Positions 17,472-25,909 of a stretch of DNA of 30,024 bases are shown here, in pieces. The notes under the pieces were generated by a model. The model did not search any database. It saw only the letters and a program-made list of their open reading frames with translations, and was not told the DNA's origin. Source of the stretch: Candidatus Nanoarchaeia archaeon (GTDB lineage: Archaea; Nanobdellota; Nanobdellia; Pacearchaeales; GW2011-AR1); assembly GCA_035269225.1 (NCBI GenBank), contig DATFJM010000083.1:1-30024 (forward strand). The letters run 5' to 3'. The translations under genes and the position numbers were made by a program. The first letter of the stretch is position 1; each line of letters opens with the position of its first letter.

Positions 17472-18152
17472 CTACTTCACTTTGGTGACCTTTGTGAATT
17501 TTTTTATTGTATTTCTTTTTTGAATCTCCAAAAACTCAAATACATCAATTACTTTATATTTTTTTATATCAATCCAATCCATATTACAAATATCAATATC
17601 TTTTGATTTTTCTAATCTCTTTAATTTTTTGTTTATTCTTGTTTTTATTTTATCTATCTCTAAAGAGGCCTTCCATATTTCTTTTCCAAAAATTTCAATA
17701 AATTGTTTTTCAATTTGTTTATTATTCAAACACCTGTTTTTCTTTTTAATATATTTTAATACTTTATCTGAATTTAGATTATCACAATCAAAAAAACACC
17801 CCTTTTTTATCTCATGAAATAAAGGGTTTTTTTCTAAAGGAAATTTTTTACATATTAATGGCCTATGTACATATACTAGGCATTTGCTTTTCCTTTCACT
17901 TTGTTCTAAAAAAGGGCAAGGCATATTAGCCATACCATAATTCAAACAAAACAAAATTCCTGATTTTTTATCTAATAAAATATTTTCAGGAACAAAAATA
18001 ATTTTCTTGTTGTGTTTTTTTGCTTGTTTTTGAAGTTTTGGAATTTCAAAACTAAAAACAGGGAGAGTTTTTGATAAACCAAAATATTTACAACAACAAC
18101 CACATTCCTTACATTTAAATGTTGTTTTATTTTTAAACACTTGTTTAAACAC
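17472..18152 (-). CDS. YkgJ-family cysteine-cluster (Zn/Fe-S chelating) protein
   Basis: FKCKECGCCC, CPFL and C.VY..RP.IC..FP motifs. Confidence 0.85.
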   Translation of the reverse strand: MFKQVFKNKTTFKCKECGCCCKYFGLSKTLPVFSFEIPKLQKQAKKHNKKIIFVPENILLDKKSGILFCLNYGMANMPCPFLEQSERKSKCLVYVHRPLICKKFPLEKNPLFHEIKKGCFFDCDNLNSDKVLKYIKKKNRCLNNKQIEKQFIEIFGKEIWKASLEIDKIKTRINKKLKRLEKSKDIDICNMDWIDIKKYKVIDVFEFLEIQKRNTIKKFTKVTKVK

Positions 18153-19116
18153 TCCTTTTATCTTTTTCTTTTATCTTTTTCTTAGGGTTTTTTGTAATGT
18201 TTCCACTAGGGAGAGTCTTAAATTTTTCTTTTTGCATTTTCTCATCTAGTTTTTCTAAATTTTTTAATAATTCTTTAAATGGACCTTCTTTAGTTGCTTT
18301 TTGTATTTCTTCAAGAGATTTTTTTGCAGCTTTTTCCCCATCTTTTATTGCTTTTTTGTTATCTTTTTTTGAAAATTTCATCATGTCTTTATTTCTTGTG
18401 GGAACATGTATAATAAAATCAATTTCTTCTTTTGTTAAATCATACATATAAACTTCATAAGCCATTACTTTAAATGATTTTGAAGCAATTTTCCATATCC
18501 CCGGAACCTTTTTTTTGCCTTTTTTATTTACAGCTTTTTCAAATTTTGGTTTTTTAACATCTCTTTCATTAACATTTATTGCTATTATTATTTCTGCTCC
18601 TGCTTTTTTTAGAACCTCTGTTGGAATGGGATCAACAATGCCTCCATCTACAAGAATCCTCTTTTTATTTTCAACAGGCACGATTATACCTGGTATAGAA
18701 ATACTTGCTCTTACTGCTTTACCCACACTTCCTTTATTAAAATAAATTTCCTGTCGATTTTCAATATCAAAAGCAGTCACATATAGAGGCTTTTTTAATT
18801 CTTTAAAAGTAATATCTTTTAGTTCTTCTTCAATAAACTTTTCAATTTTTTTGCCTTTTATTAGACCGTGTTTTGGAAAAGTATAATCAAAAAGCTTTTT
18901 CCATTCTCTTTTATCTTCTGTAAATAAGGTTTCAAGTTTTTTTATTGAATACCCAGAACAGTATAATGCACCAATAACAGAACCTATGCTTGTTCCAGAA
19001 ACTAAATCTATGGGAATATTGTATTTTTCTAATATTTTTAAAACACCTATGTGAGCTATTCCTTTAGAACCTCCTCCACTTAATGCAACACCTACTTTTT
19101 TTCTTTTTTTAGTCAT
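18145..19116 (-). CDS. Patatin-like phospholipase (RssA/NTE family)
   Basis: ALSGGGSKG.AH.G, GTSIG nucleophile elbow, ASISIPG and LVDGG motifs. Confidence 0.92.
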   Translation of the reverse strand: MTKKRKKVGVALSGGGSKGIAHIGVLKILEKYNIPIDLVSGTSIGSVIGALYCSGYSIKKLETLFTEDKREWKKLFDYTFPKHGLIKGKKIEKFIEEELKDITFKELKKPLYVTAFDIENRQEIYFNKGSVGKAVRASISIPGIIVPVENKKRILVDGGIVDPIPTEVLKKAGAEIIIAINVNERDVKKPKFEKAVNKKGKKKVPGIWKIASKSFKVMAYEVYMYDLTKEEIDFIIHVPTRNKDMMKFSKKDNKKAIKDGEKAAKKSLEEIQKATKEGPFKELLKNLEKLDEKMQKEKFKTLPSGNITKNPKKKIKEKDKRSV

Positions 19117-19252
19117 TTAAAACACCTAAACCCATGTTGTTTTAGAATTATAAAAATCTATCTAATTTAATCCAAATATTATAAGAAAATATTAGGGGTT
19201 TTTCAGATATAAAAACAAAACTATTATAAATTCTGTTTTTATTAGTTGATAA

Positions 19253-19630
19253 ATGGAAACAAAAAAGGCCCTTTTAAATAACAAGAAGATAATTCTTTTA
19301 GTTGTATTTTTATTAATTGTTGTTTTATTTTCCCTTTTTATTAATAATTCTTTTGAAAGAAGTAAATACACAAATAATCCAGAAAGATGCAATGTTTCAG
19401 AAGGATATATATGGAATGAAACTTATGAACATTGTCTCAAGGAATCTGAAATAACTTATTGCAAACCAGGGCAGAGAGATTCAGATGTTTGTATCCAAGT
19501 TTATAATCCTGTTTGTGGTTTTACTCAAGAAGGAGAAAAAGAAACCTTTTCAAACAGCTGTGTTGCCTGTTTAAACAGCAAGGTAGATTTTTATATTCAG
19601 GGAGAGTGTGAAAATGGGGCTAAAGAATAA
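19253..19630 (+). CDS. Membrane-anchored/secreted protein with Kazal-like domain
   Basis: N-terminal transmembrane segment and CIQVYNPVCG...TFSNSCVAC...GEC. Confidence 0.75.
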   Translation: METKKALLNNKKIILLVVFLLIVVLFSLFINNSFERSKYTNNPERCNVSEGYIWNETYEHCLKESEITYCKPGQRDSDVCIQVYNPVCGFTQEGEKETFSNSCVACLNSKVDFYIQGECENGAKE

Positions 19631-19781
19631 ACAGGTTTTTTTCTCTTCATTATTTGCTTTAGTTTTTGTTGTTTTGGGAATTACAATAGACTGGCTCTTT
19701 TTAATCCCAGCAATAATAATTATGATTAAAAATCAAAGAAAGCTAATGGGAAAAAACAAAACCAAAAAATCATCTAAATGA
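19614..19781 (+). CDS. Small membrane protein (55 aa; not in the ORF track)
   Basis: Hand-translated MGLKNKQVFFSSLFALVFVVLGITIDWLFLIPAIIIMIKNQRKLMGK...: a hydrophobic hairpin with basic ends that fills the intergenic gap. Confidence 0.55.
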   Translation: MGLKNKQVFFSSLFALVFVVLGITIDWLFLIPAIIIMIKNQRKLMGKNKTKKSSK

Positions 19782-20582
19782 TTTACTTAAATTTTCTTTC
19801 CAAAAACTAGGAAGAGGATTTGATACAAACCCTCTAAATTCATCAGAATAAAAATAAGTTATGCTCTTTCCTTCTTTTTCTTTTAGTCTTTTGAAATCTT
19901 TTTGAGTTTTTTTATAGAGTTTTTGAACTATCTTTCTTTCAAAATTTTTCTGTAATAAAGAAGAAGGTTTTAATATGAGTAAATCAGCTTGTCTTAAAAC
20001 ATTTATCTCTAGATTAGACGAATTTTGAGAAACAAATAAAATATTTACTCCTTTGTGTCTTGAGACAAAGATTAAATCACTTAAGACTTTGTTTGCATTA
20101 CTCATTGATTTTCTAGAATTAAACAAAATACCTCCTTCATCTATTAAAACAAAACTATTGTTTTCAATTTCTTCTGGTTTTTCTATGGATTTTATCCATG
20201 AAGGCAAGGATTCTTTTTTCATACCTATAGCAAAACACTTCTTTTTTGATTTTGCATAAATATTTTCAAGAAATTTTACTCCTATAGCTGTCTTCCCACT
20301 ACCCCTACTTCCAAGGATTATCCCTATCTTACCATTATCATCAATAAATGATTTCTCTAATTTATCAAAATTACCTTGTTTTTTTTCTATGACTTTAAAC
20401 TTTTTATATTTAGCATATCTTCTCTTTCTTTTCTTTTTCACTTTATCTTTTTTTATTTTCTCTTTTGTTTTTTTAACCAGAAAAACAATACCTTTTATAG
20501 TGTATTTAATAATGTAATAAGGAGATTTTATTGTTTCTAATAAAGCATTTTTCCAGTTTATCTTATTTTTTTTCTTTACCAT
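19770..20582 (-). CDS. P-loop ATPase, Zot/A32/FtsK-HerA superfamily-like
   Basis: Walker A GSRGSGKT, Walker B FVLIDE, and SRHKGVNILFVSQ (Arg finger plus strand-4 Gln pattern). Confidence 0.7.
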   Translation of the reverse strand: MVKKKNKINWKNALLETIKSPYYIIKYTIKGIVFLVKKTKEKIKKDKVKKKRKRRYAKYKKFKVIEKKQGNFDKLEKSFIDDNGKIGIILGSRGSGKTAIGVKFLENIYAKSKKKCFAIGMKKESLPSWIKSIEKPEEIENNSFVLIDEGGILFNSRKSMSNANKVLSDLIFVSRHKGVNILFVSQNSSNLEINVLRQADLLILKPSSLLQKNFERKIVQKLYKKTQKDFKRLKEKEGKSITYFYSDEFRGFVSNPLPSFWKENLSKSFR

Positions 20583-20746
20583 AAAAAAAGAAATAAAGAC
20601 AATTATTTAAATTTATTATTGTCTTTTCTAGGGGTTGTTTTTTATTTGTTTTTGATATAATTTTCCAAAACATATTTAAACAAGTTCGTATAATCTAATA
20701 AAAAGAGGTGAATGTATCTTTCAAAAAGATACACTATAAACTAACA

Positions 20747-21457
20747 ATGACAAAAGAAAACAAATCCAAGGTCAACAAGGAGAGAATAAAAGCAGTTGTT
20801 TTTGATATTGGAGGGGTTTTGTTGTTAGGAGACAAAAAAGTAAAATATGGCCATCAAAACATTAATGTCCATACTTTTATGGCTAAAAAATTTAATCTAA
20901 GCCTTAAAAAATGGTTTGATAAAATTGAAGAACCATATTCTAAAGCAATAACAGGTGAATGGTCTAAAGAAAAAGTCTTAAAAAAGATGTCAGAAAATCT
21001 TTCTTCTTCAAAAAAAATTAAACCAGAAAAAATAGAAGAATGGTTTGTAAAATCACATAGAAAATATTTTAGAAAAAATAAAAAATTATTTGATTTTGCA
21101 AAAAACCTCAAGGACAGGTGTTATATTGGAATTCTTTCAGATCAAACATACTTTTCTGAACAAGCACTTTTGACAAAATATAAAATGGAAAATTTTAATC
21201 CTGTGATTATTTCTTGTGAAGAGGGAATAAGAAAACCAGACAAGAAAATTTATAGATTATTAAAAAAAAGACTTGATGGTTTAGAAAAGAAAAAAGGAAA
21301 TAAAGAAAAAGTAAAATATGAAGAGATTGTTTTTATTGATAACCGGGATTGGAATCTAAAACCAGCCCGGGAGTTAGGCATGAAAACAATTCTTTTTAAA
21401 ACAAATAAACAGACAATAAAAAAAATAAAAGAAATTTTAAAACAAAACAAAGAATAA
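20747..21457 (+). CDS. HAD-superfamily hydrolase (YihX-like)
   Basis: VVFDIGGVL, ILSD, S.E.G.RKPD..IY, FIDN...NL..A..LGM motifs. The ATG at 20747 is preferred over the GTG at 20708. Confidence 0.88.
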   Translation: MTKENKSKVNKERIKAVVFDIGGVLLLGDKKVKYGHQNINVHTFMAKKFNLSLKKWFDKIEEPYSKAITGEWSKEKVLKKMSENLSSSKKIKPEKIEEWFVKSHRKYFRKNKKLFDFAKNLKDRCYIGILSDQTYFSEQALLTKYKMENFNPVIISCEEGIRKPDKKIYRLLKKRLDGLEKKKGNKEKVKYEEIVFIDNRDWNLKPARELGMKTILFKTNKQTIKKIKEILKQNKE

Positions 21458-21513
21458 ACAGGTGTTTAGTGTTTAAACACCCTTCAAAAACAGATTAATA
21501 TCCAATTATTAAA

Positions 21514-22362
21514 ATGAATAAACAAGATTTTCTTAAGAAACTGGAAGTTGAGTTAAAAATTTCAAAAAACTCTGAATATACATTAAAAAAATATCTTTAT
21601 TTTAATCAAGATTTATTTAATTATACAAAAAAAACCCCAGAAAAAATTAATGAGGATGATATAAAAATGTATATTGCAGAAAAAATGCCTCATTCTTCTC
21701 CTTCTTCTGTTATCTTGTTTTTGTCTGCAATAAAATATTCTTTTTCAAATATAATGAATAACGATTTAACTAAAAAAATCAAAAGACCCAAGAGAGATAA
21801 ACAAATCCCTACTGTTTTAACAAGAGAAGAAGTAAAAAAATTATTAAGCATTTTAATAAATAAAAAATCTAAACTAATGGTTTCTATGATGTATGCTTGT
21901 GGCATGAGAGTTTCTGAATTAATTAATCTGAAAATTGATAATCTTAATTTTGATGAAAAAATAGGGCACTTAAAAAAGGCCAAAGGAAGAAAGGATAGAG
22001 TATTTAATATTCCTGATTTTCTTGAAAAAGACTTAAGAGAACAAGTTGAAAATCAGAAAAAACTAATAGAAAAAGGGAAAAATAAAGAAGGATATGTTTT
22101 TACAGGACCAAAAGGGAAACTTTCAGCAAGGAATTTACAAAAAATGGTTTCAAAAGCAGCAAAAAGAGCAGGAATTCAAAAAGAGGTTCATTGCCATACC
22201 TTGAGACATAGTTATGCAACACATTTACTTGAAGATGGGGTTGATATAAGACACATACAAATAATGCTGGGACATTCAGACCTTTCCACAACACAAATCT
22301 ACACACATGTTTCAACTGATGAAATAAAGAAAATAAAATCTCCAATAGATGGATTTAAATAA
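21514..22362 (+). CDS. xerA: XerA-like tyrosine recombinase
   Basis: SAM-like N domain and intact catalytic set GMRVSEL, KGRKDR, HTLRHSYATHLL and LGHSDLSTTQIY. Confidence 0.88.
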   Translation: MNKQDFLKKLEVELKISKNSEYTLKKYLYFNQDLFNYTKKTPEKINEDDIKMYIAEKMPHSSPSSVILFLSAIKYSFSNIMNNDLTKKIKRPKRDKQIPTVLTREEVKKLLSILINKKSKLMVSMMYACGMRVSELINLKIDNLNFDEKIGHLKKAKGRKDRVFNIPDFLEKDLREQVENQKKLIEKGKNKEGYVFTGPKGKLSARNLQKMVSKAAKRAGIQKEVHCHTLRHSYATHLLEDGVDIRHIQIMLGHSDLSTTQIYTHVSTDEIKKIKSPIDGFK

Positions 22363-22382
22363 ATCTTTTTTAATAAAATAAA

Positions 22383-22934
22383 ATGGTAACAAAAAAATGT
22401 GAAAAATGCGGATATATTTCTTCTTATGATTCAGATTTTGTTAATAAGTTTGGTCTTACTTTTTGTAATGTTTGTTCTGTTTTTGCCCCAAATAATCCTG
22501 AAAAATTAGATGAATATGTTCAGGAAAAAGTATCTAAACAAGAAATAGAACCTTTTAGAAAATATGCTAAGACACGCGGAGAATTACAAAAAAAAGGAAT
22601 GATTGAAAAAGCGTCAAAAGGAAGGCATGTTTCTCGTGTCCCTTTTGGTTACAAATGGGATTTGAAAAACAAAAAGATAGTTCCTGCTGAAAATTACCAA
22701 GAGGTAGAGGAAATATTTGAAGAGTTTTTAAAACCAGAATATTCATTAACAAGATTAGCTAAAAAACATGGTCTTTCTATTAATGGATTAAAAAAAATAC
22801 TGAGAAATTTTGCATATATAGGAAAAGTTAAATTCAACGGGGAAATACATCAAGGGAACCATAAACCAATTATTTCATCTATTTTATTTAATAAGGTTCA
22901 GGAAAAATTAGACAAAACATTAAAGAAAAAATAA
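22383..22934 (+). CDS. Zn-ribbon plus large-serine-recombinase DNA-binding ('Recombinase') domain protein, no catalytic domain
   Basis: N-terminal CEKC...CNVC, then GM..KA.KG....R.PFGY, V..IF..F, IL.N..Y.G and G.H.PIIS..LF.KVQ. No resolvase Y.R.S motif. Confidence 0.75.
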   Translation: MVTKKCEKCGYISSYDSDFVNKFGLTFCNVCSVFAPNNPEKLDEYVQEKVSKQEIEPFRKYAKTRGELQKKGMIEKASKGRHVSRVPFGYKWDLKNKKIVPAENYQEVEEIFEEFLKPEYSLTRLAKKHGLSINGLKKILRNFAYIGKVKFNGEIHQGNHKPIISSILFNKVQEKLDKTLKKK

Positions 22935-22941
22935 TTTGAAA

Positions 22942-23241
22942 TTAATTTTCTACCCATTCAACTTCATGAAATTCATGTTTTGTAGCTATTAAAATAATGT
23001 CTACTAACCACCATATGCCAAGACCTCCAAAAGTGATTAGTTTTAGAATCCCTAAACCTACATGACCAATAATAAATCTATCTACTCCAAGATGTCCAAA
23101 GAAAACAGACATAATAAGAGTTAACACCCAATTAACTTTTCTTTTTTTACTTTTTTCTTCTTTTGGGATTTCCTTTTTTTCAGGAGACTTTTTCTTAGCA
23201 GATTTTTTCTTTGAAGTCTTTTTAGGTGCTTTTTTTGCCAT
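22942..23241 (-). CDS. TM2-domain membrane protein
   Basis: [32 protein letters not shown], with a Lys-rich N-terminal tail. Confidence 0.88.
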   Translation of the reverse strand: MAKKAPKKTSKKKSAKKKSPEKKEIPKEEKSKKRKVNWVLTLIMSVFFGHLGVDRFIIGHVGLGILKLITFGGLGIWWLVDIILIATKHEFHEVEWVEN

Positions 23242-23250
23242 TTTATGGAA

Positions 23251-23652
23251 TTATCTCTTAGAACTCTGCCTTTTTGCCCGAGCCTTACTATCCATTGGTT
23301 TATAAGTTTCCTTTCTTCTTACATCAGCAATCAAAAGATTCCTATCATATTCAGTAAAGGCATTTTCTAATTTTTTAGATTTTGTGAATTTATTTATTGC
23401 TCTTGCTAAAGCAAGCCTTGATGCTTCAATTTGTCCTTTGTTTCCTCCACCATTAACAGTTATTTGGATATCAAAATCAGGTTTCCCAATTATGTGCTCA
23501 AAAATCCTAAGGGGTTCTTCAATTGAAAGTTTATCAAATTCCTGGAAATTTTTATAGTTTTTATTATTAATAACTATTTTTCCATCTCCTTTAGTAATTA
23601 CTGCCCTTGCAATTGCACTTTTTCTTTTACCTGAAACAACTATTTTTGTCAT
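23251..23652 (-). CDS. rps9: 30S ribosomal protein uS9
   Basis: SGKRKSAIARA, V.GGG..GQ..A.R.A.ARA, YDR.LL.AD.RRKE. Confidence 0.95.
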   Translation of the reverse strand: MTKIVVSGKRKSAIARAVITKGDGKIVINNKNYKNFQEFDKLSIEEPLRIFEHIIGKPDFDIQITVNGGGNKGQIEASRLALARAINKFTKSKKLENAFTEYDRNLLIADVRRKETYKPMDSKARAKRQSSKR

Positions 23653-24047
23653 TTTGTAAACTCCTTAACTTTAGAATATTTAAATTTCTTGTTTTTGTCT
23701 ATTTTTGGTTTTTCAATTTTTTCTCCTTCTAGTTCTTTTGGAATTTGATTATAGCACCATATCCTTTTCCATGCTTGTCTTCCTCTTTTATATCTATAAT
23801 CAGGAAGCATACCTCTTATAGCTCTTTTAACTATTTCTTTTGAAACTTTTTTGTGCTTAGGTCCTTTTTGACTACTTCCTACCCTGCTTCTTTTTACATT
23901 GAACTCTTTTAATATGTTTGTTTTATTGCCTGTTATAATAACTTCATCACAATTTACAATAGCAATCTCTTCTCCTTTTAATGCTTTTTTAGCTACATAA
24001 ACAGCTAATCTTCCCATTGCCTGATCTGTTCCATCAATAACTAACAT
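23649..24047 (-). CDS. rpl13: 50S ribosomal protein uL13
   Basis: VIDG....MGRLA..VAK.AL.GE, ITG and KRAIRGMLP. Overlaps the rps9 start. Confidence 0.95.
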   Translation of the reverse strand: MLVIDGTDQAMGRLAVYVAKKALKGEEIAIVNCDEVIITGNKTNILKEFNVKRSRVGSSQKGPKHKKVSKEIVKRAIRGMLPDYRYKRGRQAWKRIWCYNQIPKELEGEKIEKPKIDKNKKFKYSKVKEFTK

Positions 24048-24048
24048 T

Positions 24049-24435
24049 TTATTTTTTGTTTAAAATCCTTGCATCTTTAGCTGAAGGATTTAATTTAATT
24101 TCTTGTAAGATTGTAGAGGTTTCACAACCTTTTTCTTCTAATTTTTGTCTTGCTTTTTCTGAAAAACTAAGCGCAATAATTTTTATTTTTTTATCCACTT
24201 CTCCCTGTGAAAGAACCTTTCCAGGAATAATGATCTTTTTTGTGTTTTGTTTTTTTATTGCTTCATTTATCTCACTTAAATTTGCATTTTTTCTGTTTTT
24301 TCTTGGTCCAGAAAGTATTGAAGAAACTTCTAACCATTCTGGATTTTTCTTTGAAGCAATCACAGTTTCAACTAATTCAGGATTATTTTTCTTTTTTATT
24401 TGCTTTTCTATTTTGTTTTTTGATTTAATAGTCAT
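24049..24435 (-). CDS. rpl18e: 50S ribosomal protein eL18
   Basis: NPEL..., W..V...L..PR.NR..ANLS.IN, IPGKVLS.G and A..FS..A..K motifs. Canonical position upstream of rpl13. Confidence 0.92.
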   Translation of the reverse strand: MTIKSKNKIEKQIKKKNNPELVETVIASKKNPEWLEVSSILSGPRKNRKNANLSEINEAIKKQNTKKIIIPGKVLSQGEVDKKIKIIALSFSEKARQKLEEKGCETSTILQEIKLNPSAKDARILNKK

Positions 24436-24529
24436 TTTTATAAATACAGAGAAAAATTATTTCCTCTGCTATCGCATTTAACTCGCAGATAGAAATGAGT
24501 AAATATTAGAGTTTTTAAATCTTGGGGTT

Positions 24530-24949
24530 TTAGGTCTTTTGACAATAACAACTTCCTCCACTAGAGATACACTCTCCTTCTGGACAAGTCCCCCTACATT
24601 CACCATATTTTTCATAATAAAGACCGCAATCAGAAGTATTAATGTCATCAGGAAGAGGGATTTTTGGTTCTGTTTCATTTGTTAGATCAGAAGAGCCCCC
24701 ATCTCCACTACTTCCTCCACCCTCGCTTCCTCCAGAAAAGCTTCCTCCCAAAGAACTATCGTTGTTTTTAGTTTTATTTTCTATAATAGATTCATTTTTC
24801 TCTTCTGAATGATTTGTTTTGTTTTTTGGTTCTTCTTTTGGAGTCTTTTTTTTGTCTTGAGGACTAATTGAGAACTCACTATCAAGATAAAAAATAAACC
24901 CAAATATGATGATTATTATAATTATTAATCCTATTAGCTTTTTATTCAT
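24530..24949 (-). CDS. Membrane-anchored protein with Gly/Ser linker and Cys-rich C-terminal domain
   Basis: N-terminal TM, GGSFSGGSEGGGSSGDGG linker, C...C.G.CP.G.C...CYC. Confidence 0.7.
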   Translation of the reverse strand: MNKKLIGLIIIIIIIFGFIFYLDSEFSISPQDKKKTPKEEPKNKTNHSEEKNESIIENKTKNNDSSLGGSFSGGSEGGGSSGDGGSSDLTNETEPKIPLPDDINTSDCGLYYEKYGECRGTCPEGECISSGGSCYCQKT

Positions 24950-24983
24950 TTTATTTTTTGGTTTTTTATTTATAAAAATTTAT

Positions 24984-25904
24984 TTATATTGTTAGGTTCT
25001 CAACTTGGTATTTTGTAAGATGGTTTTCATCTATTTTTATCCATGAATCCAATCCTGAGATTTGATGATATGGGGGATTATTTGCTGAAAAATAAATATA
25101 ATCTATAGAAGATTTTTCTTTTACATTTAGGCCCTGTGATGATAATTCAAGAACATTAACAAAACTTTCTATTCCATTTTTGTTTGCTGAAAAATTACCT
25201 TCAAACCTATTTATAAAACTTGGAGATTGGTTGTTTGCTGCATAATATTTTTCATTAATATGGTTTTTAAGGTTTGTAACATTTGTTCCATTTACATATT
25301 TATTTTCATAAGGCGTTTTTTTAATCTGCCTTGGGAGTTTCCCCTCTGTTTCAACTGTAAAAAGAGGGTCTTCAAAATTAGTTATCTTTATTTCTGAAGC
25401 AACACTTTCATTTCCTTTCCAACTAGCAAGGCCAGACCTATCTTTTATAATATAATCAAAATCCATTTTAATTATAATTTTCCAGGGAGTTTTTTGTTTC
25501 ATTTGAATAGAAATGTTTGAAAAGTTAACTTCCATATTCATTTTACTTGCACTTTCTTTTATATTGGCTTCTATATCTGAAATTTTTGCTCCTTGCATTA
25601 TTCCTGAAGAGTTTTTTGAACCAGTTCCATTTATTACTGCTCCTAAAAATAATTTTTCAAAGTCATCAATATAATCTCCACTCCTTGTTATGTTATCTTG
25701 TGCTATAAAAATAGCTCTATACCCTGAAGTATATAATTGCCTTCTTAAATCCTCTTTCATAGAAAAAACAAAAGAATTGGCTGTTTCCACCCTTGTTCTT
25801 ATATCTTCATCTTTATCTGTAATGTTTTCTAGACCATAACCTATTGAAATTAACCCAATTATAAATATAGAAATAATAGTAAATGCCTGTGCTTTTTTAT
25901 TCAT
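24984..25904 (-). CDS. Pilin-like/class III signal peptide protein
   Basis: MNKKAQ/AFTIISIFII N-terminus. Last gene of the pilin-like cluster. Confidence 0.65.
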   Translation of the reverse strand: MNKKAQAFTIISIFIIGLISIGYGLENITDKDEDIRTRVETANSFVFSMKEDLRRQLYTSGYRAIFIAQDNITRSGDYIDDFEKLFLGAVINGTGSKNSSGIMQGAKISDIEANIKESASKMNMEVNFSNISIQMKQKTPWKIIIKMDFDYIIKDRSGLASWKGNESVASEIKITNFEDPLFTVETEGKLPRQIKKTPYENKYVNGTNVTNLKNHINEKYYAANNQSPSFINRFEGNFSANKNGIESFVNVLELSSQGLNVKEKSSIDYIYFSANNPPYHQISGLDSWIKIDENHLTKYQVENLTI

Positions 25905-25909
25905 TTTTT

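Noticed and set aside
21514..22934. Prophage or integrative element around the recombinase genes
   Set aside because: No capsid, terminase, replication or tRNA-att features. The flanking genes are cellular, and the protein looks like chromosomal XerA.
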